DNA from: a virus
IMG/VR virus record: IMGVR_UViG_3300044971_004534
DNA: 64,000 nucleotides
Strand: one strand, 5' to 3'
Below are positions 20,901-29,700 of this stretch, piece after piece. Under the pieces are notes generated by a model that did no database searches, was not told the origin of the DNA, and was given only the letters and a program-made list of their open reading frames with translations. Both the position numbers and the translations under genes were made by a program. How positions within the stretch are numbered: the first letter of the stretch is position 1; the number at the start of each line of letters is the position of its first letter.

Positions 20901-23747
20901 GCATTTACCTATGTGTTTAAATTCGTATCTAATGGAACGACCGCCAACGGCTTTAGTGGTCCTGGCATGGTTTACGAGGCAAGAGTCGGTGATATAGGTG
21001 CAACTGCAATAAACGATTTGTGCAATCAGGCTTTCAGGTATCAATTATGGATGAGTAGTGATGCAAGTATTTTGGCAATAGGCAATCATAGATGGGACGC
21101 TCAATCTGATCAAATAAGTCCAAACGGCGATCCACTACCTTCGACATTCTATATAGATCTTTATAGAAGAAACGTAACTGGGTCTGGCATTTCATACGTT
21201 AAGCTTTTAGAGCAAGGGTTAAAGCCATCTGATTCTAGTGAAGGTAGGCCGGTCGATGTGTTCTGCTCTTCATTGTGGGGAGTTCAAAGCAGTACAAACG
21301 CTTCTCTCTATGACATATATGTCGCATCTGGAATAGACCCAGATGTTAATGACGCCAATTACTTGGCTCCTACATCTGCTAATTATAGTGCCAGTAACTT
21401 TGAAAACAGAATAGGAAGGGTGACTGTATTTACTGCATCTGTCCCAACCGGAGGACAAGCAAGTAGAAGATCTATTGAGTTAAGCGACATTGTTCCTGCA
21501 ACAGATCCAGCATTCAATGATAACAATAAAGCTTTTGCAAATCTTAATTTCTGGACAATGACTCCAATAAGTGCAAAAAACGGAAGCTGTGGATTGATGT
21601 TCCATCAAAATACTTTAATCGCTTCTTCTCTTGGCTGCCTGATTAAAATGTCTCCCAAGTCTCCCTATCACGGATCTGGATGGCAAATTAGTAAAATTGT
21701 TGGAGCCAATTCTCCTATGCCTTCTATTCCAGTAAAAAGGGCAATTACTCCATATTCTCAATTTGGTTATGTAAATAATAATCCAAATGGTAATTTTGAA
21801 TACGCAATAAATGCAGATATTATGAACATGTCAACTATTGCGGTGCCAACAATTAATTCTTCTGCATCTGCTGGATTTAATAAGCTAGCATCAAAAATAG
21901 CGTTTATAGAGATCGATGTAGACAACAATCCTTATTCAAAGATATTCTCTATATCTAATTATACGTCGATTGTGTCTGGATCTTCTGCAGATGTTGATCA
22001 GTTAGGAGTATTCGATGCAAGTACTGAGCTAAGCAACCCAGTGTGTTATCCTGCCTACACCGCCATAAAGTCTAAGAGAAGCGGCTATTCGGCAGGTCAG
22101 TCTTCTCCAGAAACGCAGATTTACAACCCCAGCATAAAAGCATGGCTGTATGCATATGATTTAGGCAATTCTCTGGGAGATTCGGAATTGCCATACAGCT
22201 CATATGAGTATTCAAAAGATAACGAAGGTCATATACTCGTTAAGCCTCCTGTGCCCGATCTAGAGAAAAAGCAGTTTTATTTTGGTGGTAATGAATTCCT
22301 GACCCTTGATGGAAATAATGTCTATAGAGACTATCATGGACTTATTGGGAATATCAAGGGAACTCTTTTGCAAATGGATTGGCAAGATGTTTCTGGTATA
22401 TTGTGGTGGGGCACTAATGACATATACATCATGAGATCTTACAAATATGATCAGCATTATTCGCCTTCAGCATCAGATATTCTTCTTGAAGAATATGTAC
22501 GCTCAAGAACTTATTATGCAGATGAAAACACGGGTATCACAAGTGTTAATAAAAATGCAATTGTTAAATTTGCTATGCCAAGCAATGCTAATACTATAGT
22601 GCAAAACCCAACTTGTGATGTTAATGATTATATGGGAACTTTAGGATGCGGCTTGACTGGACCAAAAGTCATTACGGTCGCAGCATCCACCAACTATGGT
22701 CTTTACGATGTCCTGCATAATGGAATAACTTCAATAATTCCACTTATGCAGTCAAGAGAAAAATTCGGAAAGCAAAAAACAGTAATTATATTAGATGACT
22801 TCCCTGATCACATGAACAGCCAAATATTTACAGATATTGGTACAAATTATGCAAATATTATGCCGTTCTATAGTTACTCTTCATCGAATACAGTCAATCC
22901 ATACAGGGTATATGCTGAAGATATGTTTATTGACAGCTCTATGCGTTTAATATATAGAAAATCGGACCTCTTGCCATCTATATCAAAGTATCAAAATGGT
23001 TTCTCAATTCCCAATATTAGCGTTAATAACTGTGAGGGACCAATAGTGTTTGCAAGAAAGTCAATATATAGTTCTGCCAATACTAAGTGGAGCTACATGA
23101 TCAAAGACTTGTCTTCTTGCTTTGATCCTCTGTATGGAACAATTTATAATGGCGACAATATTTTACTTACTAGACTTTCTTACATGTATCCCAATTCAGT
23201 TTCGTCTTCTCATCCAGAGGCAGATTGGTATTTTGCTCCAATATCTGAAACTGTGTCAAATGCAGATGTTCCGACATATACTCCATCTATGAGTAAATGC
23301 CTGTGTGTGGGCCTACTTAGAGCTTCTAGTAGAAAGATAGCAAAATGGAAATTAAATTCTTCTTCTGGAGGAAGTTCACTCAGCCTACTTGATATTATAA
23401 CTGTTCAGACTGGAGATCAATCACCAGCCAGAATAAGAACAAGAATAGATACTTCCTCTAGTGGAGCATCAACGATAAAAGACCTTGTATTGTGTGGAAA
23501 AATAAATACTGATATTATAAATGCAGCTCTTAGCAAGTCTGGAGCAACAGATATTCCAAATTTAATGACAAAAATAAAAGACAATTTATATTCAGTAATT
23601 GGCGGTCAAAGCTTTATGGACGCCAACGGATGCATTCATATAGTCGATACAGATTCAGAGGCAAAAATAGATAATACAAAAGAAGAATTTATAAGAGAAT
23701 TTATGAATAAATTTAATGGATTTTATCATGTCATACGAGGCGCATAA
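11952..23747 (+). CDS. giant protein 2 (3931 aa), unknown function, with a Ser-rich linker and FG-GAP-like propeller repeats
   Basis: Uninterrupted 11.8-kb ORF with ATGA overlap to ORF1 and TAATG overlap to ORF3. Poly-Ser linker at nt 12621-12730. Repeats of the form 'FG..(x)..hhhhS.P....G.VYIF' at nt 14404-15850. Confidence 0.9.
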   Translation: MIKIRKIIYWHFAVYGGDAETIDPENLPSDSISTLDMGLNEANPIIVNGAPNVRAFSVSTGYEWLIDIFVQDGQTKDLNDENKRTTIRSNNPVASPGFVWFDLAVVELKAVFGNPIVVESLEQLSLVKDDNNDGVRIPVKYMLFGAHKEGETGAQLRNEPDAFFDATNIPNEVSSEGDQGHQEFVEAISSKTFVDEDGVPNSFFINIKHQEEVTKIGCCNIDVSESSSSSSSADSSSSSSEDGASSSSSSSSTDTGSESCPSGLTLRSQPVMHDGNRRVWAVRQTADIHISNNPVYEGNFFADSGVLVRKNYIASELVYADVENVLNGNSSWNSTHWQHAGYISFRENKPYAMGLHQDPVFNKTDLSYSSGNLCAYHAYDDNFELPVTIQSITWDTRGYLWALCSGGAKDATPDSGTTVSGVQSTEGVYALIPGGWKKQPADIIYFGGSNTGNTFEYEDLNSSALVLASLHMRWGCDRSKSKDFLAIVDNDFHIHIKKNANSNINFPEEQNIRNDNGLLLLADNIYAGVEKICVVEAGTTLPYLISYSQLDTDLSSLIATERANNVRYSILACGVDFIVGVSQSSQIKVFVNSSATNVPTQDDADELQSSISTDITDGYSIKKVVCGDSFFAVYLKKTSGESKLYARGYIKDIKIWDGSNYDANFIRPQSWDLSETKPILDVEAFGDYLIIAYAEGLPSASPKSLYYEVATVLDDIPLHNTGSASSAATSKILNYEVLNQLRKIYIDNASNDVDSYITSSNINHLLPSKGLLGYRKFENVNSAYGNLFIHENSEYLHHPYFSQSGSFIPGKMEVKSGMFGYDISSFGWNGVTYLAVSAPTEGPVLSAQNGGVLGQQDGKHGRGAVYIFKRYENGFKLIQKIQHSDTSVIAFGKQVCLYATKNASDEDAMALICSYRGNTSDYTRIYYWNSVEELFEWSEMTDSFIQVNQLTLSPSTSDIKIIEIKRISDHNISVTSFVNNAIEGYVQFINLRENIANMDTCKGVYVKLTSFNSLSFGPRFGASAVKESSASGWTVAIGYTTYNSALQTSLRLNFLNFPLEDAIEIKMQDPVSPLIAQGNGAVMLLYLSEDMQSFESDVSGPIFNVIEGTGFNSNATTKPYFGYDIDADENHIVISSPYDSGYSASGESSNILEGGSVRIFEFNNPISLGSRDVNVNSEFKFNLNNLSQYHLPRQVYNLGAGTYSAQWTKKKLGKSVKLVGNKVLVSSCDDDLRRGPSTQSNLFGNVFLLDKNSKGSWDIVSSSHEAHNGDRFGHKIEILPLNILSNGKDFIALVSSPGMVTSAVQLEDCLTCNPADTDYSYGSGVVKSIVVSGDKSFGVLPSRIPSVLQNIDSDNTSTYTLSSSALGIKHVAHDISNGPLNSRYVWKYYPARLLERSAIQSGVNDNEIPKFRLAKFINDPSPTGETDFASTYSDVGAFSMISDTGGGTAGDITVANLPIYDRANLNIRVMEMHPRPYRIVDASMSSSLDEASTSVSLPKQIRSDYFDFATPAKNELQETIYLYGPILSPQQGAQWSGSISPSNSFGITPVRASRWLIPVADSDVSNILYINGIAVWSPTVSNVEYNIAGGYYFNSSSFLRPSGQQVHTNMTGNPLVKPFNGTVDTSRWWSTRNYISPGCVQLLDSSTEGHLTVWPAFNFARTFTSSGNPNPPPFGGAIQGFLDTKNFYIGKADIRPGVTSVDASRIDACKIDKAYFWGLKIAEGSYNVFINAYLNATSVNPFRIHQTTKYLAWSGCTVALERSSPAASQLEYGTSYTGYAPSYESYDFNLGHILSYPPINFRCTTGNVAPKNSTVVNNVSTISAISNAPNGSTHALYLDAVGWNSSLMNVGVKDIVIHGHYNYHGFNKSASESLPVAAIADRRSQIVTFISGYGSKISSINGRNSGSCFFAPSIKFTCILDSGLSSYRRWKQNFGGLTDWNHNGGAYSGWGKIAKNPTFFANSFTNNPSWVTESGLPNGFNARVAPTDTMYMVDLFWDYDPNATTPSPEDLKTAIFNSSFNSTQDIYSNLLLPVKVSGNLSQSQVNLFPLRAYPLNRNQINFSSCGTTCPAILVFGIAVSGYPATQFPPVIEPTTTSPYTDTRSAHFGYSSNNVQCANGISVKYDRQYTNIVACKTFTDGFGVTIGGVAAEAGTHLASTITSIGTNWCGTGGNTSTNVATYSYKYKTILYPSITSIDSHTPSSGFNTHSTYFTGGGPSLLQWHSHFAPSFIETNIGNGPLSFGAINEFAPYYDDFANSTTGWNTPRSGHNIMFWVRHKYNASTVATLSDVFPAKINDLVGSFSGSIYPKLRKESAFKYPYKTNMLTGRGRNVQISALGSELRSIGRDEIVYQNEFIYRKLSYHRQNSSGTVVNSQFSPVHEFNSVEINSSGTYTNNQSFVNDISSIVPLLYSARSILENDPLKPHIREEYQTETVSNVRYRRASLFDRVTPQDFFTNPETLVCLPTFSMPDMLDFATSDNSFSHIFGILNNFADSYGPNYPDSANLKYIGMLKNTLSTNDKNNLGYSSSSPTASAFWKAIKNGLAHIIDVNSSVMSLSNGEDLLTVTILASLNGNVWTGSNPIKHSFGWQNSILSEEIYGGGLICAVITAKVTNNGGIANVRSTFANSAATLSSSSVKARVSAVLDGNTVPEKSWCRMGIWMQPLLGTAKPTKDNSPYYWPGNFPWSGSSDIKYLGINPGDQAVSQTKFFHTSPGMIKVPINRSYLAKLGKHIMLKYNTGSEQDRYFAIIGPCVYHIQDALSLDNGPLWWANERKSSCFKMPSYSWDSRPVVFQKFGLSVAEISSASSYSDLFKFSAYTGQVPRMVKSFFNLESFTSDFGANNTAEFAAYGSVGGGAGSLFAPNEQWFDYGSETYGFAPSGANDAVAILGEGIGFNIREGNKIHAFVFWRNAFYRITPPLSSATESHPVITEIPINTTYVQNGETIIIKDQLKAAYELHRLNGFFNGNTSFVVSGNAGNDNDNAFTYVFKFVSNGTTANGFSGPGMVYEARVGDIGATAINDLCNQAFRYQLWMSSDASILAIGNHRWDAQSDQISPNGDPLPSTFYIDLYRRNVTGSGISYVKLLEQGLKPSDSSEGRPVDVFCSSLWGVQSSTNASLYDIYVASGIDPDVNDANYLAPTSANYSASNFENRIGRVTVFTASVPTGGQASRRSIELSDIVPATDPAFNDNNKAFANLNFWTMTPISAKNGSCGLMFHQNTLIASSLGCLIKMSPKSPYHGSGWQISKIVGANSPMPSIPVKRAITPYSQFGYVNNNPNGNFEYAINADIMNMSTIAVPTINSSASAGFNKLASKIAFIEIDVDNNPYSKIFSISNYTSIVSGSSADVDQLGVFDASTELSNPVCYPAYTAIKSKRSGYSAGQSSPETQIYNPSIKAWLYAYDLGNSLGDSELPYSSYEYSKDNEGHILVKPPVPDLEKKQFYFGGNEFLTLDGNNVYRDYHGLIGNIKGTLLQMDWQDVSGILWWGTNDIYIMRSYKYDQHYSPSASDILLEEYVRSRTYYADENTGITSVNKNAIVKFAMPSNANTIVQNPTCDVNDYMGTLGCGLTGPKVITVAASTNYGLYDVLHNGITSIIPLMQSREKFGKQKTVIILDDFPDHMNSQIFTDIGTNYANIMPFYSYSSSNTVNPYRVYAEDMFIDSSMRLIYRKSDLLPSISKYQNGFSIPNISVNNCEGPIVFARKSIYSSANTKWSYMIKDLSSCFDPLYGTIYNGDNILLTRLSYMYPNSVSSSHPEADWYFAPISETVSNADVPTYTPSMSKCLCVGLLRASSRKIAKWKLNSSSGGSSLSLLDIITVQTGDQSPARIRTRIDTSSSGASTIKDLVLCGKINTDIINAALSKSGATDIPNLMTKIKDNLYSVIGGQSFMDANGCIHIVDTDSEAKIDNTKEEFIREFMNKFNGFYHVIRGA

Positions 23748-26700
23748 TGATTAGGAACCCATTTGAAACCACGCAATATGCGTCTAATTTCTTAAAAGAA
23801 AACATTATACTTGATTCTTCTGGAATAGGACTGACAGGTATAGATGTTTTAATGGAATTTCTTGTTAATCAAACAAGAATACGTCAAGAAGCTATAAGAA
23901 TAGGCTATATATCCAACAATCCATCTAGAATAGATGGAGAAGATTATAGCCAAGTAAGTTTGCTTGGCTTGTCTTTTGATACCCCTCAAAATATATATGA
24001 TGGCTCTTTACTTATAGTGAGCGCAATAAAGCAGATGTTTTCTGGGCATCCATCTGAACTTTATGAAAAACTTGCTTATAGACCAACTATTATACAATAT
24101 CAAGATCCAGACGATGGAGTGTATGTTAGTAGAACTGGTGGATTTTTTCATAAAATTGTGGACCCTAGTTCTGATGTTGAGCAGCCAAATGATGACTATT
24201 TTGAATTCTTTGACGATCCAGAATTTGTTGATGGTCAATATCTTACAAGTGGAGACATAGACAGATTTAATAGTCCGCCATCTTTTACTGATCCTTCAAA
24301 TCCTTACGCTACATTAAATGAATATTTGAAAGATCAAGTTAAATGGGTTAACAGCACAATCGCTATATTAAATAAGTTAAAATATATCCATAAAAAATTA
24401 GTTTTTACTTATCCATTTGCTGGAATATCTTTTGGAAGTGGCTGCTCATTTGCAAAAAATATTAGTTCTACCACTACTCCAGATTCGAACGGAAAGCCTG
24501 TAGAAATTATACTTGACATGTCTGAGGTGGTAGCTTCTTGTGTTGACGGTACTGATTCCTATGGGTATCTTTGCATTAGGTGGCGTAGTGTCGGCAACGG
24601 TTCACGTTTTATTGTCATGCCCACCGTGGGTGCGACAGCTGCACAGACAGCGGCTCTTCGTCAGCCAATATGGGGCGCATTGACAGTTAACCCAGCTTCA
24701 GATCAGCCTTATGTTCATAGTAATTCTGGTAATCAAGGATATTTGAACAGTGCTAACTACATTTCTTATGCTTCTTCTGAAGGTATATTGAAGACTTGGG
24801 ACCCAGAAACTAATACTGTTTTCGATAGGCCAGTTTCTCCTATTCTGAGATCTGGTTGTCAAAATGCTCCGTGCTGTACAACAAACGATAATACCAATAA
24901 CATTCCATTTAGAGAAGGTGGCAATGACGTAAACTCTGATTTTGCATGTATAAATATTAATAATACTTTCTTCTCTACTGGAACTGGTTCTGACTGGGAT
25001 AATAAAATAAGAATAGTGATATTTTCTGGATGCCAGAGTGCTAGCTCCAATACTTCCTGGGAGCTTGAGCTTAATTGTCTTGGCTGCACAGATTGCAATG
25101 TGACTTTGACTGAATGCGGAGGCATTCCTTCATCAAGTTCAAGTTCTGAAGACATTAATTTTGGCATATTTATTCTAGATGATAGTAATAAAATAGGAAA
25201 AATAGATGTAATAACCGGCAATTTATCTGGTAGAATTCTTACTGTCAAAGATGATGCAGGCAATCCACTGGAAGATAATCTGCATGACATTGATTTTGAT
25301 ACTGACGGCAACCTGTATGGTCTTGCGCAATCTGGAATTTTATACGTTATCAGCAAGTCAACAGGTAAAGCAACAGTTGTGGGGAATACTGGACTAACAA
25401 ATACAAACGGTCTTGGATTTGGTCAAGACGGCAGACTTTACACTATAAATAATACAACTCTTTATTATTTAAACAAGCAAAATGCTGGTACGAATCAAGT
25501 GGGAAGTATTGGCTATACTGGAAGCGGTGATATATGTACTTCAAGATCTGGCCCCAATAGACTAATAGTTTCTGCAAAAAATGGAAATAATAATTTTATC
25601 CTTGAATTATCTGTTGGTGCAAATAGCGTAACATCTCAAGTAAAACTTAGTGGATCAAGAGTTGTTCCAAGAGTTTTTGGTTTAGCTAGACCACTTTCTC
25701 TTTCTGCAGGCCCACTTGCTGTTGCTGATCAGAAAATATATGTTTTTAATAGATTTGATACTTCAGATGCTTCTATGACTGTTGTTTCCGATTTTTCTCA
25801 GTCTGGTCTTTGCTGTGCGGTTGGCGCAGCTTACTGGAACGGAAATTTTGAAAATGACGAAGGTGGCGGTGGAGGCGGCAACTTTGATTTTCCACAGTGT
25901 GACAATATACCAGTATGGACTGTAGGTAGAGATAATGTTCTTAAGCAGGTTAATATTAAAAACGGGGACTCTCTTAAGTCTTATACACTGCAGGGTGCGA
26001 CATTTGATAGCTTCTATGGATGTCCAACCGATTTAGCGGTAAATGATTCTGGCGACATATATCTAATAGATAACTCTAATCTTTATAGAGTGCTACTGCC
26101 CTTTGTTGACGCTCCTGTGCAAGACGTTGCTACCGCTATTCTAATTGGACGTTTATTAGAAGGTAGTTCCGCAGTAGCTTTTGCCGGTTTAACGTTTGGC
26201 AAAGACGGGATCTTATATGGATGTATGGTTGAAGGGGTTACAAACCCTATTTCTACGATTCCAGCATATCCACTATTCAAAATAGATCCTCAAACTGCAG
26301 AATGCACTGCTGTTTGCACAGACATGGGTGTTGGTTGTCAGGGTGATGTTGCTCCATGGACCGACGCGAATGGTGTAAACTGGTTTTATTTAGTTGGCGC
26401 TAATGAGGATCATAACCAGATATACAGGTTTAGATATGGTGGAGAGGGAGACTGCGGTGAACTTGAGCTTATTTCAGACCCAGACACTTTCCAGTATGGA
26501 ACAGACGTTTTTAGCATTTCCAATGCTCGTGATAATAAAATTTATGTTATAGCTGGAACCCAGGTTCTTAAGATAGACCCGATCACTAATACCATTACGG
26601 AAACTGGAGTGAGTATTAGTGGATCTCATAGTCATGGTTCTGGTTGGCTTCCTAATGATGTGCTTGCAGACGGTTGCTCTGACAACTCCTCTAGCTCAAG

Positions 26701-29700
26701 TTCATCTGGTGAAAATTCATCTTCAAGCTCTTCTTCAAGTGAAGATATTGCGCCATGTCCTTGCGTGCCCCAGTCTTCAAGTAGTTCAAGTTCAAGTTCA
26801 AGTTCAAGCAGTGAGATTTCTTCATCCTCTTCTAGTTCAAGCTCCTCAAGTTCAAGTTCTTCTAGTGCTTCATGCCCAGATTGTGGAGATAGTCCGTCTA
26901 TTATTATAGACAGGGATGATTGGCTAAGTGGTATAGTTAATTGCCATAAAGTTGGATTTGATTCTGGATCAGTCATAAGGATAAAATGGTTTCAAGTTTG
27001 TTCTCTTTGCTGCACTTGTCCTACAGAAAGACAGTTCACAAGAGAATGTGAAATCGAAATAAGCATATTTGATATTGATTGTCAGAGTTGGTCTGCAATT
27101 TGGCAATATCTTATTAGTACAGGACAAGTAGAAGAAATTAGATGCAGCGTAGATGGTGGTTCTTGCAGATTTTATTATAGAGTAGATTTTGACAGAGATC
27201 CAGATTTGCCAAATATATTTTATTGGAGATTTACAGAAAACTTCCAAACATTTTTCCCAGATTATCCTGCCAATTGCGAATGTCCTCCATGTGATCCAGA
27301 TCCATCATGCTGTGACTCGTCTTGCTTTGGCTTAGGCACCATGATAAAAATGGCAGATGGTAGTGAGAAAAGAATTGAAGACATTAAGGAAGGTGATATT
27401 CTTTTAGCAGCTTATTTCAACGAGTTTGGAGTTGCCAGAAATCCTACTTTAGAGCAAATAAACAGTGGTTGGACTTTAAGCGACTCTAGATATATCAGGT
27501 TCGCTGAAACCAGAGTAAAGAGCATAAAGGTTGGATCTGAGCTTTCTATATATAAATTTTCTGATTCATTAAAGCTTACTTTTGAACATCCTGTATTTAT
27601 AATGGATGTAGACGGCACTTTAAAATTTAGAAGTGCTGTGTATATGCAAGATGGCGTTTATGGATATGACGTAAATCTTGAAATGATTCCGATGAGATAT
27701 TTTGAAGAAATAAATAGAAAATCAATCACTATTACTCTCACAACTGAACCTTTCCATTGCATATTTGCAGGAAATATATTAGTGCACACTGGTTCTTCAG
27801 GTAATTACACAAATACAGTTGGTTTTGGTGAAATAGGCATTAATATAAATACTGATATTTATACAGATCCAGTCTCTCCAGCCACATCTGTTATTGACGA
27901 TGGCTCTACTGGTTACAGTTTTATTTCAGACGGATTAGGCACAGTAAATCCAGGGACTGGTGGTCCAATTGACGACAGTGGAGTAATTGTAGACAGCCCT
28001 TATGTTTGTCAATTTGCTTGCAGATGTTTAAGCGGAAATTGCAGCACAGTTAGTTTCGTAAGTTCCTGGAAGCTTGGAACGCCTATACAGTTCTGCGCAG
28101 ATCCTACGGCGTGCTGTAATAATGGAAGTTGTACAAGAGGTAATGCAGACTGTAAAGACGTATCTGACAACTCCGTATTGATTGAAAGAACTATAGTCGC
28201 CAATAGTTGTGCTGATGCTTGTAGAAAATGTGCTGCTCTTGCTACGCAAAGTGTTGATTTTGTAAACAGCCCTTCTTTTGAATGCGCAAACGCTTCACTG
28301 ATATGTACATCATCGGGTTCATCTTCATCTTCCGTTTCTGCTTCGTCTTCAAGTAGTAGCTCCGAAATAACTGGTGAAGAGGTTGTTTTGTGGCTGAATC
28401 CTCCAATGGCTGCAGTTGACGTTGGCAATGGACTTATGTCAGTTTCTGGTGCTCCTACTGCTCATTTATTAAGTAACGGCAATGATGGGCAAATGTTGGC
28501 TCAAAGATTTGCTGTACCAGACAATTGTCAATGGCGTGTTTATAAATTTAGAATGTGGGGCGGTAGCGAATACGTGGACGAGCCTGTTGGTGGAGCGGGT
28601 GGCAACAGCTTGTCAAGTAATATACAAGCTATAAGAATAAACATCTTTAAGTTCCAGGCATCTTCTGGTAATTGGGAGTTGTATAATTCTACTACTGGTT
28701 ATTTAAAAATGGCTTCAGGTTTGATTTTAAATGATCAGGGAAGCACTATGGGCATATTTGGATCTAAGCATTTTCAAATTGACATGGAGTTTAATCCATC
28801 TGTTTCTACTATTTTGGACAGTGGGGATTATTTGCTTGGTATTGGTGGCGTGCATTCTTTGACTGGCCCTACCGCTCCAGAAAAACTTCTGTGGACATAT
28901 AGTGAGTTTGGGACTGCAACCAGCCCTGGGCAATACTCGACTACCAATTTAAACTGGGGAAATTGGGTTGATAGCAATCAGAACACAAGTTTAGCAGCTG
29001 CTCTCATAGGAATAAGAAGTTCAACATGCGTAGTGTCAAGCTCTTCAAGCTCTTCCGGCTTGGGATCTCAATCTTCTAGTTCTTCTTCTGATTTGTCGAG
29101 TTCATCTTCTAGTTCTTCCTCCGTAGGTGCTTGTACGCAATCTTTTGGTCATTGGAACAATAGCAGTGGAACTCCAGTATACTCTGAAATTATTGATTTA
29201 TCTGGATTTGAAGTACAAACCGATACATCTGGAGAGTTTATTGACGTGTGTGTTGAATATATGACTGGCTCAGATATTTCTGACAGAATTCTAATAATAG
29301 CAACAAAAGACGATGATGAGGTTAGTACTGATGAATTCTTAAGAAATGGGGATATAGACTATTCTTACTACGCAAATATTGATAATTACATAAATGGTCA
29401 GGAGAGTAGGTTCTCTATTTCCTCAGGACATCCATTAATCGCCTACAACGGCTCCTCTTTTGCGCCACCATTGCGATCATTGATATTTGATAGCGGTTGT
29501 GCTTTAACTGGAGACACAAATTCCACAGTTACTTCTATAAGGCTTAGAAAAAATTCTGTGTCATTAGACCCAACTGATCCAATGTATAAAAAGTTCCGAT
29601 TGGTTGTATTCGGAGTTTGTGATGTAGCTTTTGCTCCAAATAGTATTACAAATTGGTGGATTACATTTAAGTGTGATATTGCAAATTGCGTTGTAACTTC

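Noticed and set aside
11952-23747. N4-like or crAss-like giant virion RNA polymerase
   Set aside because: I could not find T7-like or two-barrel polymerase catalytic motifs. The protein instead shows Ser linkers and propeller-like repeats. This cannot be excluded without profile searches.
26632-26976. Minus-strand ORFs rich in 'EELELEE' (also 28009-28428 and 29443-29814)
   Set aside because: They are the reverse complement of the poly-Ser linker codons (TCT, TCA and AGC give AGA, TGA and GCT-type Glu/Leu repeats) inside giant ORF 3. Low-complexity shadow frames.
27323-27790. Canonical self-splicing intein
   Set aside because: The terminal Asn is absent (the domain ends 'VHT') and the +1 residue is Gly, so splicing chemistry is not expected. 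The host protein is not a conserved enzyme interrupted at an active site. Interpreted as a Hint/BIL-type cleavage domain instead.
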